Source: an uncultured virus (IMG/VR IMGVR_UViG_3300037067_013349) (taxonomy: Duplodnaviria; Heunggongvirae; Uroviricota; Caudoviricetes). Taken from it: 64,000 nt of DNA. The notes beneath the pieces were generated by a model. It did no database searches and was not told the origin of the DNA. It worked only from the letters and a program-made list of their open reading frames with translations. Every line of letters begins with the position of its first letter. The stretch's first letter is position 1. Positions 27,384 through 35,064 of the stretch are shown here, piece by piece. The stretch lies in IMG/VR virus record IMGVR_UViG_3300037067_013349; one strand, 5' to 3'. The translations under genes and the position numbers were made by a program.

Positions 27384-27797
27384 ATGACAATGCCAAGTTT
27401 TACACCAACTACGACGATTTCCGAGATCAAGCTATTCGATATCGTCCAGCTTTACGGCGATCGACAGCAGATGGTCGTCGTCGACATCAAGCCGAATCGA
27501 CCAGCCAACCCGTTTGTTGGCGTACTGGTCAAAGGGCAAGGTGCCCAATACAAGTTCGGTTACAAGCATCGCCCGACCGTCGTCGGCCATGCCAATCCTG
27601 ACCATCCGGCTTTAATCGCCATGCGACGTAAAGCCGAACAGCGGAGTGGTATAACGATGCCACAGATGGAGCCTATCAACCAGGAAGCAAGGGCGGTATT
27701 CTTCCACCTTCTCGATGCCGTCGAAGCTGGTGATATGTCGAAGGCCAAGATTCTTGCTGCTGCCATCCGGACAATGCCGGGATACAGCAAGAATTGA
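27384..27797 (+). CDS. Hypothetical protein
   Basis: CACACAGGGAG leader. Confidence 0.75.
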   Translation: MTMPSFTPTTTISEIKLFDIVQLYGDRQQMVVVDIKPNRPANPFVGVLVKGQGAQYKFGYKHRPTVVGHANPDHPALIAMRRKAEQRSGITMPQMEPINQEARAVFFHLLDAVEAGDMSKAKILAAAIRTMPGYSKN

Positions 27798-27822
27798 GTG
27801 GCGTGTTGAATCGTGCTATAAC
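27794..27822 (+). promoter_or_regulatory. Conserved promoter
   Basis: TTGAGT-N17-TATAAC, TCGTGC. Confidence 0.7.
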
Positions 27823-27931
27823 AAAGTAACCGGTACCAGTGCCGCCGTCGCATCGCGACAACTTCCTGGTTTTAGGGCATCGCGAAGTGAGAGGCGACAG
27901 CGAAGTCCACTTCCAAACTGGAAACAAAATC

Positions 27932-28354
27932 ATGGCAATGACCGAAAACGACAAAATCGCGAAATACGGCGTGGTTGTGTGCCACGTTCAGAGCCGCACT
28001 GATCCGGGCGAAGAGCCTTATAAGATTCGGCTCAAGGACGGAATCCACCATTGCAACTGCAAGGGGTGGATTTTCTCCAAGGAAGTTCCGAAGTCGTGCA
28101 AGCACATCAAGGCTTATCTGGCCGAAAAAGGCAAGACTCAGCAGGTTGCTGAGCTTACCGAAATCCAGATTACCGAGAAGTGCCTACGAACAGCGGGCTG
28201 CTATGAGCCTATCAGAAATTCGTGTGCCGACAGCAAAGCATTCCAACACAAGTTGACTCGTCTGGCACAAGCACTCTTGCCATATCTCGGCGGCGGCGGT
28301 CCGGTCGAAGAGGTCGGAGGCGACGAAATCGTCCGCACCATCTATCTGGATTGA
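27932..28354 (+). CDS. SWIM zinc-finger protein ending VRTIYLD
   Basis: Y.I....HCNCKGW...CKH. Confidence 0.75.
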   Translation: MAMTENDKIAKYGVVVCHVQSRTDPGEEPYKIRLKDGIHHCNCKGWIFSKEVPKSCKHIKAYLAEKGKTQQVAELTEIQITEKCLRTAGCYEPIRNSCADSKAFQHKLTRLAQALLPYLGGGGPVEEVGGDEIVRTIYLD

Positions 28355-28372
28355 GATTTCCGGCTTGGAAAC

Positions 28373-28678
28373 CTAAATGACCAGCTTGGGCGTTGGCGGC
28401 GTTACGATACCAGTACTGTCGCCGAACTTGCCCCTATATTCTTTTGATAACGGTTCGACTGCAGGGGCAGACGTTACAATTTGTCGCAAATTGATTTCAA
28501 CATTCTGCTCAAGGTCACATGGGCACCACATCTGCAGTACTATACCATCCTTGCCTATGAGCATTCTTAGTGGCCTTTTTACCACCAGGAATGGAACACC
28601 TTCCTTGGTGACAATCTCGTCATCAGTGTCACAAATTAGAAGGTCGCCGCAAGATAACTTAATCAGCTTCGTGGTCAT
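28373..28678 (-). CDS. Small beta-barrel (Sm-like) phage protein
   Basis: KLIKLSCGD.LI, VKRP, W.P, Y...FG..GIV.P pattern seen in T4-like phages. Confidence 0.55.
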   Translation of the reverse strand: MTTKLIKLSCGDLLICDTDDEIVTKEGVPFLVVKRPLRMLIGKDGIVLQMWCPCDLEQNVEINLRQIVTSAPAVEPLSKEYRGKFGDSTGIVTPPTPKLVI

Positions 28679-28721
28679 GATAGGTCCTTTCTTGGACTAT
28701 ATACCATGACCAGCTTTAAGA

Positions 28722-28803
28722 AAAGATTAGGGCGGGTAGCACGCTGAGCCGCCGTTATCGCGGTGCGGCATTGGCAATTAACGTCTTCCCCGCCCTAATC
28801 TTT
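28722..28803. other. 15-bp inverted repeat enclosing an inner hairpin
   Basis: AAAGATTAGGGCGGG / CCCGCCCTAATCTTT. Confidence 0.7.
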
Positions 28804-28808
28804 ACCGA

Positions 28809-29255
28809 TTAGACGATCTCGTACTCGAAGTGCGGCGCACAACTCGCGGCATCGAGGCGGTCATCCCAGTGCTTATCAAGCATCGCCTTTTCAAGGGCCG
28901 TGGCATTCTCTGCCTGCTCCTCGAAAGTGACGAGAACGTGCTTGACCCTCTCGTCGTCGACGTAATAAAGGGTGCCCTTGAAGGTCGTCAGCCGACAGTT
29001 GATATGGGCACCCGAAAGGTCGATGGTATGGGTCGGCTCTTCGGAATTGATATCGGCCCAAATCCGTAGGACTGGTTTGCCGTCCTGGATTTCGAGGTAG
29101 AGGACGGCATCAGGGTCATCATCGGCGGCTGTATGGGTCGAGTATCCGTCGATCCAGACACCCAAACCGATTTGGGCATCATTGCAGACCCGAAGATTGG
29201 TAAGCTTGGCCGCATCGTTCACGTCGCGGACGTCGCAATTCATCGTGCTGGACAT
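28809..29255 (-). CDS. Hypothetical protein
   Basis: ACACACAGGAGG leader; LYLEIQDGKP.L.IWADIN.EEPTH.IDL. Confidence 0.8.
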   Translation of the reverse strand: MSSTMNCDVRDVNDAAKLTNLRVCNDAQIGLGVWIDGYSTHTAADDDPDAVLYLEIQDGKPVLRIWADINSEEPTHTIDLSGAHINCRLTTFKGTLYYVDDERVKHVLVTFEEQAENATALEKAMLDKHWDDRLDAASCAPHFEYEIV

Positions 29256-29286
29256 TGTGGTCCTCCTGTGTGTTTGAGTCTACCTT

Positions 29287-29315
29287 TTTATAGCACGATG
29301 GTAGAGAGTTTTTAA
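29287..29315 (-). promoter_or_regulatory. Conserved promoter
   Basis: TTAAAA-N17-TATAAA, TCGTGC. Confidence 0.75.
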
Positions 29316-29326
29316 CTCCCGTTCGC

Positions 29327-31354
29327 TTAGGGAAGTTCGCGCTCACCGTCTAAAATGGCCCGAAGAGTACCAACGGCGATGATTTTGACGCCGAGTTCTT
29401 CGGCCTTCTTCGTCTTATTCGATGATGATGTTGGGTCCTTCTGGACGAGATAATTAAGCCCTTTGCTGACGCCACTCTTGATGATGCCGCCTCGTGCAAC
29501 CACTTCATCGAGAAAATCGCGGGTGCCAGTGAAGCAGAACGTTGATCCGGCGATAGCCTTTGGCCCATCATCTACATCCGCCACAATAGTCGGTTGCTGC
29601 ACTTGCGTGTGCGGCTGGACGGTGACGCCGACGTCGAGCAGGTCTTCGATGATAGGCCACGCCTTGTTGAGTCCATCCGTAATCGTCGTCCGCATCGTGT
29701 CGCCAGGAATTAGCGTCAGCTTTTCTGTGTCGAGCCAGTCATCAAGCGTGGTCAGCCCCATCTCATTGGCGACGATTTCGGCCCGACGCTTACCAAGAAG
29801 AGGAACACCGAGAGCACCGAGGAAGCTACACAGTGGAAGCGATTTGGATTTCTCGATTTCCTGCAGCAGTGCAGTCGTCCGACTGTTGCCAAGTCTGCTC
29901 TTGCTTTCGCCGATAGGCAGATCAATAAGCTGCTCTGCCGTCAATCGATAAAGGTCAGCAGGAGTCTTGACGAGTTCGTCAGTAAGAGCCTTGAGAACGC
30001 CGTCGCCAACGCCCATAATGCCAGCATCACGAATGTAATGCTTGACCTTGCCGATGCTCTGGGCTGGACAATCGTTGCCACTACAAAGCGTGACAGCACC
30101 TTCCTTGTCTCTCACTGTCCTGGTTGTTGGAGCACCACAGACCGGACACGTAGTCGGCTCTGCAATCGGTTGCCGGTCTGCTGGCATCCCGACAACGCGG
30201 ACGATTTTCGGGATGACGTCGCCCTGACGAGCAATCTCGACTATATCGCCGATGGCGACATGGGCTGCTGATGGATTCTCACTTGCTTCATTCCAGTTGT
30301 TGAGCAAGACATTCGTCACCGTCACGCCGCCGACAAACACCGGTTCAAGAACAACAGTAGGAATGATGGCACCGGTGTGACCAACAGTAATAGTCACATC
30401 GGTGACGCGAGTCATCGCCTTTTGCGTGGCAAATTTAACCGCACGGCCATACTTCGGTCTTAATGCGTCTTTGCGGTCCTTGGTGATACGCTTCTGCATC
30501 TCGACGTTATCAATCATGACGACGAGTCCGTCAATTTCAAACAGCAGAGAATCTCGCTGGCCTTCCACATCGGCGAAGTAGGCATTCATTTTCTCTACCA
30601 CTTCATCGCGCGTGCCGGTGAGCGTAACAGACTGCACCGGTGAAAATCCCAGCTTCTCTAACGTCTTGAACTTCGCAGTAAGCGATGGAAATTCGACACG
30701 TTGATCAATGCAGTTGAATGCGACGAAGCGGATTAGTTCGTTTTGTGTGCCGTCGATTCGACCGATGATGCCGCTGCCGACGTTGCGTGGATTGGTGAGC
30801 GTTGGATCTTGTTCCTTCAGTTGGCCGAATTCGGCCTTGTATAGGATTGCCTCACCACGGATAGTACCGGTGAATGGAACCGGTAAAATAGTCGGTGCAC
30901 CTGCCCATTTTACAGCGTTTGCTGTTAGTGATTCACCGATTTCACCGTCGCCTCGACTAATCGCTTCCATTAAAATTCCCTTATCATAGATAAGGGCAAT
31001 GCTGTTGCCGTCCATCTTCAAAGAAACATTGATGGCGGCATTCTCGACACCCAACAAAGCAAGAGTTTTGTCATACCAATCAGCAAAGCCGTTGATGCCG
31101 TCGTCCGTATTGTTGAGCGAACCCATCGGGATCGTATGGGTTCGCTTGTCTCTCATATCAGCCGGAGAGTACGGGGTGCCGACACGGGTAAGACGAGGGT
31201 CAGCAGGACAGATTACCCGCAACTCACTCATCATTCCTTCATATTCATCGTCATTGACGGGCGACTCGCACCCCGGCGTATAGTAAAGTTGCGCTGCACG
31301 ATCGATAGCTGACCGCAATTGTGCGAGCCTAGCTTTTTCGCTTAATTCTGCCAT
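29327..31354 (-). CDS. ligA: NAD-dependent DNA ligase
   Basis: YY..D.EY domain Ia, KMDG, SRGDG.IGE, NPRN, IDGLV, CPVC..C Zn finger, HhH, BRCT (FCFTG...SGVSK). Confidence 0.97.
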   Translation of the reverse strand: MAELSEKARLAQLRSAIDRAAQLYYTPGCESPVNDDEYEGMMSELRVICPADPRLTRVGTPYSPADMRDKRTHTIPMGSLNNTDDGINGFADWYDKTLALLGVENAAINVSLKMDGNSIALIYDKGILMEAISRGDGEIGESLTANAVKWAGAPTILPVPFTGTIRGEAILYKAEFGQLKEQDPTLTNPRNVGSGIIGRIDGTQNELIRFVAFNCIDQRVEFPSLTAKFKTLEKLGFSPVQSVTLTGTRDEVVEKMNAYFADVEGQRDSLLFEIDGLVVMIDNVEMQKRITKDRKDALRPKYGRAVKFATQKAMTRVTDVTITVGHTGAIIPTVVLEPVFVGGVTVTNVLLNNWNEASENPSAAHVAIGDIVEIARQGDVIPKIVRVVGMPADRQPIAEPTTCPVCGAPTTRTVRDKEGAVTLCSGNDCPAQSIGKVKHYIRDAGIMGVGDGVLKALTDELVKTPADLYRLTAEQLIDLPIGESKSRLGNSRTTALLQEIEKSKSLPLCSFLGALGVPLLGKRRAEIVANEMGLTTLDDWLDTEKLTLIPGDTMRTTITDGLNKAWPIIEDLLDVGVTVQPHTQVQQPTIVADVDDGPKAIAGSTFCFTGTRDFLDEVVARGGIIKSGVSKGLNYLVQKDPTSSSNKTKKAEELGVKIIAVGTLRAILDGERELP

Positions 31355-31379
31355 TTGTATCTCCCTGTGTGTCTGGTAC

Positions 31380-31408
31380 TTTATAGCACGACAAGCCCTA
31401 TTTATTTA
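31380..31408 (-). promoter_or_regulatory. Conserved promoter (ligA)
   Basis: TAAATA-N17-TATAAA, GTCGTGC. Confidence 0.7.
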
Positions 31409-31420
31409 TCCTGTCGAGGG

Positions 31421-31612
31421 CTACCGTGAGCCGTTCAGCCCTTTAATAATGGCTGGAATAACGATGTTGTCCAATACGACAGCTTTGCCGCACCGGCTTC
31501 GCTCATCATCGACATAGCAGATTGTGATAAGGAGTTCAGGGAAATCCTTGTCGGGGATATCCGTAATGCGGATAGTGCGGTTGTGGTCGGTCGTTGTATT
31601 TTCAGCTTTCAT
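31421..31612 (-). CDS. Hypothetical protein
   Basis: ORF coupled to upstream. Confidence 0.5.
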   Translation of the reverse strand: MKAENTTTDHNRTIRITDIPDKDFPELLITICYVDDERSRCGKAVVLDNIVIPAIIKGLNGSR

Positions 31613-31754
31613 CGTACTTCTCCCATTCTTCTCCGAATTCTTCGGAACATTTCTCGTGCAGCCCATTGATGGCGATGCCGTCTAATGGCTTTTCGCACCA
31701 AGGGCAAAGCGGGGCCAAGATTTCGACGTGTCGGTGTTCATCTACTTGCAGCAT
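31602..31754 (-). CDS. Small CPWC..H..C protein (not in track)
   Basis: AGGAGG RBS, MLQVDEHRH... Confidence 0.6.
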   Translation of the reverse strand: MLQVDEHRHVEILAPLCPWCEKPLDGIAINGLHEKCSEEFGEEWEKYDES

Positions 31755-31772
31755 TTGAAGCCTCCTGCTCTA

Positions 31773-31801
31773 CTTATAGCACGAGAGACCACTGTACTTA
31801 A
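31773..31801 (-). promoter_or_regulatory. Conserved promoter
   Basis: TTAAGT-N17-TATAAG, TCGTGC. Confidence 0.7.
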
Positions 31802-31846
31802 TTCCCCGAAGTCCCTCTCTCGGCGTATTTGAGCAACTGGAGCCGG

Positions 31847-31875
31847 TTAATCGCCGACCGGTTTTGTGCTATCAT
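31847..31875 (+). promoter_or_regulatory. Conserved promoter
   Basis: TTAATC-N17-TATCAT, TGTGC. Confidence 0.7.
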
Positions 31876-31901
31876 TTGGCATCACCAAACAAGGAACACA
31901 G

Positions 31902-32288
31902 ATGACATCCACCAAAACACGAAAAACGGCTAAAGAACAGAAGCCAGAAAAGCCCGCTCTCCCCACCAAGAAAACCGAGGAGGAGGTGCTCCAACGGCTG
32001 GGGAAGCCTGCCGATCTTCGTAGTATTGACGTCCATCGATACGACGCATCACGATGCCGCGTTAATGTCCGTCGTGAGATGGATAGAGAAGCAGCAGAAG
32101 AGTACTACAAAAGAGAGGGTGTCAAAGCAGCAGAGTGTAAGAAATTGCTCGACAATATAGAGCATTCTTTCGCCAAAACCGTCACACTCATCACCGACAG
32201 TTTCTATCTTAGGACCAACTATGATGGGTCAATCCGAAGCGACAGCGATTTCATAGAAAGGCGATATAATGAAACAGCAGAAAGTTGA
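31902..32288 (+). CDS. Hypothetical protein
   Basis: LGKPADL..IDV......RVNV...SFYL resembles a Planctomycetota hypothetical family (from recall). Confidence 0.7.
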   Translation: MTSTKTRKTAKEQKPEKPALPTKKTEEEVLQRLGKPADLRSIDVHRYDASRCRVNVRREMDREAAEEYYKREGVKAAECKKLLDNIEHSFAKTVTLITDSFYLRTNYDGSIRSDSDFIERRYNETAES

Positions 32289-32535
32289 AATCCTCTATGA
32301 GTACGGCCTGGTTGGTGAACGTATCAAAGAGGACGATTTCACCTGTGACGTCGAGACGGTTTTCCAGGTTACCAAGAAATATCCTGATGCCGTAATGCGA
32401 ACCGTCGAAGTTGACAATCTCGACTTCGTTGAATACCCCATCACGTATCTCGTCATCTACCGCAAACTTGATGGTGTGAAGAGAGTCACGACGAAAATGA
32501 TCGTCGAGGCCGTCAGAGAGCTTCTCTGTGAATAA
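32269..32535 (+). CDS. Hypothetical protein
   Basis: ORF. Confidence 0.65.
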   Translation: MKQQKVEILYEYGLVGERIKEDDFTCDVETVFQVTKKYPDAVMRTVEVDNLDFVEYPITYLVIYRKLDGVKRVTTKMIVEAVRELLCE

Positions 32536-32557
32536 ACACCACTCGTCGTGCTACAAT
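32529..32557 (+). promoter_or_regulatory. Conserved promoter
   Basis: TGAATA-N17-TACAAT, GTCGTGC. Confidence 0.65.
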
Positions 32558-32573
32558 TTGCTGGAGGTAGACA

Positions 32574-32747
32574 ATGAAAACTACAGTCATCGTGAGAGTT
32601 GCCAGGGGGTGCATCACCGAAGTTGTGAGTAACACACCCGGCATCGTAGTTGAAGTGCATGATTACGACGTTGAGGGCGTCGAAGCAGATCATCTCGAAA
32701 GCGATGAAGAGGACGAATACTACACCAAATCGGTATTCGAAACATAA
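32574..32747 (+). CDS. Small acidic protein (not in track)
   Basis: GGAGG RBS; MKTTVIVRVARG...VEVHDYD. Confidence 0.7.
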   Translation: MKTTVIVRVARGCITEVVSNTPGIVVEVHDYDVEGVEADHLESDEEDEYYTKSVFET

Positions 32748-33013
32748 TGGCATCCAAACTCGACCGCCGTTCGCTAGTTGCAGGACTTGATGGATTATTC
32801 AAGTCTGTCGAGCTACAGTTGCCCTGCGTTATTGCTGTTCGCAACTTTGACGTATATCGTGTCATTAAGCAATTGGCGATATCGCTAGGCGTCAGCTATA
32901 AGTTCTGGATGAAGCGTCACGAGGAAGATAAAAGTTACTACGCCATTCTGCACAGTATGCCAATTAGTGGGATTGAGATTGAAAGGCTGGTTGATGGATT
33001 CGAACGAGAATAA
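32747..33013 (+). CDS. Hypothetical protein
   Basis: TAATG coupling. Confidence 0.6.
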   Translation: MASKLDRRSLVAGLDGLFKSVELQLPCVIAVRNFDVYRVIKQLAISLGVSYKFWMKRHEEDKSYYAILHSMPISGIEIERLVDGFERE

Positions 33014-33176
33014 ATGCACATGTGGTAACCCTGAAATGGGTTTCAACTGCGTATGCGATTGGGTTCGAACTCACCCCGGTGATATTGAGTATTGTTGTGA
33101 GTTCTGCGGTCTTTACACCGCATCTGCCCCACGATGTAACAAATGCGAAATTTCCAACTTGGAAAGCACGAATTAA
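32994..33176 (+). CDS. Cys-rich small protein
   Basis: CTC, CVC, CEFC, CNKC. Confidence 0.55.
   Translation: MDSNENKCTCGNPEMGFNCVCDWVRTHPGDIEYCCEFCGLYTASAPRCNKCEISNLESTN
33151..33165. promoter_or_regulatory. TTTCCA-N3-TGGAAA palindrome
   Basis: Perfect copy 7 bp upstream of a -35. Confidence 0.7.
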
Positions 33177-33201
33177 TCACTAGCACTCGCTGTGCTATAA
33201 T
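33173..33201 (+). promoter_or_regulatory. Conserved promoter
   Basis: TTAATC-N17-TATAAT, TGTGC. Confidence 0.8.
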
Positions 33202-33208
33202 GATCATA

Positions 33209-33350
33209 CAGGCAGCGTCGGCCTGGTTCAACGACGACAGGTAACGCCATGACCTGAACCAACGGCGGTCCCTAGAAAGGACAACAGGTAACGCCCTGAC
33301 CTGAACCAACGGCGGTCCCTAGAAAGGACAACAGGCACACCGGCCTGAAC
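33209..33350 (+). repeat. Multi-hairpin leader with 47-bp tandem repeat
   Basis: Units at 33237 and 33284 (one mismatch), partial at 33331. Confidence 0.9.
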
Positions 33351-33373
33351 AATCGGTGAGGAGATTTTTAGCA

Positions 33374-34123
33374 ATGGCTAAGAAAACCACAAAGTCTGCG
33401 AAACCGAAACCCACCACAGCCGCCCCGAACCTCTTCGCGAATGCCGCAAAGGCCGCTGCCTCGGCCCCCAAGAAGACTAGCGGGACAGTCATCGCGCTCC
33501 CTAAGGAGCTAGATACCGAGGGCAAACTCATCGGCGACTCGAAGCTGCTGAATGAGGCAGTCTCGAACGCCATCGAAGCGGCGGCGGAGGAGAAGACGGC
33601 GAAGACCAAGGGAACTCTGGCGAAGACCAAACTGATGGGCTTCGCTCAACAAGAAGTCGTCAAGCTGTATGCCAAGCTTGGTGTCCCTCCGACAACGCCG
33701 GTCAGTGTTGTCAATCACAACGGCGAATCGGTCACGTATGTGATGGCCGACAAATCGCAGCAGAACCCCATCAGCCCCGAACAAATCGCCATGCTACGAG
33801 AGCTTCTGGGTGACGAGGGGGCAGCACAAGTCGTCGATGAACGGACGACGTTCTTTTTCGACAACGCAACGATGGGCGAAAAAGCCGCAAACGACGAGAA
33901 GACGGTGTTCGACATCGTTTGTGAGCACGTGAACGCAACGATTGCGACTGATCCACGGTTGAGCGACGAGCAGAAGGCCAATCTGCTCAAGAGCACGGTC
34001 AAATCGTTCCTCAAGCCCAACACGTTGAATCGCATCGCGGAGTTGTGCGGTTCCAACGCCGCGAAGATTGGACAATTCTATGAAGCGGCGGGCACTGCCT
34101 GCGTCCGCTCCATCAAGGTATAG
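33374..34123 (+). CDS. Hypothetical protein with K/A/P-rich N-terminal tail
   Basis: GAGGAG RBS. Confidence 0.85.
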   Translation: MAKKTTKSAKPKPTTAAPNLFANAAKAAASAPKKTSGTVIALPKELDTEGKLIGDSKLLNEAVSNAIEAAAEEKTAKTKGTLAKTKLMGFAQQEVVKLYAKLGVPPTTPVSVVNHNGESVTYVMADKSQQNPISPEQIAMLRELLGDEGAAQVVDERTTFFFDNATMGEKAANDEKTVFDIVCEHVNATIATDPRLSDEQKANLLKSTVKSFLKPNTLNRIAELCGSNAAKIGQFYEAAGTACVRSIKV

Positions 34124-34138
34124 CTTCGATCGCAGCGT

Positions 34139-34168
34139 CCCCCGACGAGTTGGCATTCTCGTCGGGGG
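34139..34168 (+). terminator. Hairpin
   Basis: CCCCCGACGAG/CTCGTCGGGGG. Confidence 0.6.
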
Positions 34169-34209
34169 CGTCTGTATATATAAGCAAATCTGTATAGGAG
34201 GATACGGAA

Positions 34210-34479
34210 ATGAGACTACGTGAAATGGCCGATGATTCACTAAACCCCATCTTGGCCGGTCGTACTATCACAGACCCAGAAGAATTCTATCAAAACGCTC
34301 TTCTGCAGTCCGATCTGTTCGATAGAGCCTGTAAGCTCTACCCGGATTATAACGGCAGCCAATCTCTGGACGCCGCTGACTGGATTGTCGACCAGATTGA
34401 GAGCGTTCTTGGAGGAAATGCGAACTGGGAAAACATGCGTGATGAAGTCTACGACAAGATAGTTGCCGGTCTGACTTAA
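34210..34479 (+). CDS. Hypothetical protein
   Basis: AGGAGG RBS. Confidence 0.7.
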   Translation: MRLREMADDSLNPILAGRTITDPEEFYQNALLQSDLFDRACKLYPDYNGSQSLDAADWIVDQIESVLGGNANWENMRDEVYDKIVAGLT

Positions 34480-34538
34480 TTGGTGCCGCTCCTCGAACTA
34501 CAAATTAATAGATTACCACTAGTTCAAGGAGCAACAAG

Positions 34539-34697
34539 ATGGCACAACCCGAATTTATTGTCAAGATGATCGTTGAAGGCCGCAATACGCAGCAGCGTAT
34601 ATCGGCTAATGATTCGGCAGCCGCTGCACGGCTAGCCCGCGAGATGTATAACGGCTCAAGTGTGCGTGTGATAGAGACGAGCAAGGTTAAGAATTAG
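34539..34697 (+). CDS. Small hypothetical (not in track)
   Basis: AAGGAG RBS; MAQPEFIVKM. Confidence 0.6.
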   Translation: MAQPEFIVKMIVEGRNTQQRISANDSAAAARLAREMYNGSSVRVIETSKVKN

Positions 34698-34911
34698 CAG
34701 TAGCTAATTCGTCTCTCCACACCCGGCTGCACCCATTGCAAACTGCTTTAGTGCAACCAACACATTTCTCGAAGCCGCTTATACCTTGTTCGGCAGCACG
34801 CTTTACTAGAACATTTTGGACTTTGCCTTCCATATCTGTTCTAGGTTCAGTAAGCTGACCGGCCCGCGCAGCTAAAACAAAATCATCAAAGAGTTTGTCG
34901 AAGCACTTCAT
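34687..34911 (-). CDS. Hypothetical protein with CxxC..C..C
   Basis: ORF. Confidence 0.6.
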   Translation of the reverse strand: MKCFDKLFDDFVLAARAGQLTEPRTDMEGKVQNVLVKRAAEQGISGFEKCVGCTKAVCNGCSRVWRDELATANS

Positions 34912-34986
34912 AGACCATCCTGTGGTGGTGTATTTGAAAATATAGCGGTAGTCAGATGTCTGCGCCTATCTTTGGCTGCGGAGCGG

Positions 34987-35015
34987 TTAAGCCAGATATG
35001 CATTCGTGCTATAAT
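34987..35015 (+). promoter_or_regulatory. Conserved promoter
   Basis: TTAAGC-N17-TATAAT, TTCGTGC. Confidence 0.8.
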
Positions 35016-35064
35016 GAAGTATCATCGGGCCACCCCGCTAATCCATCAAACACACAGGTATACA

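Noticed and set aside
33237..33335. 47-bp repeat as a CRISPR mini-array
   Set aside because: Units are directly tandem with no unique spacers, and no cas gene is present.
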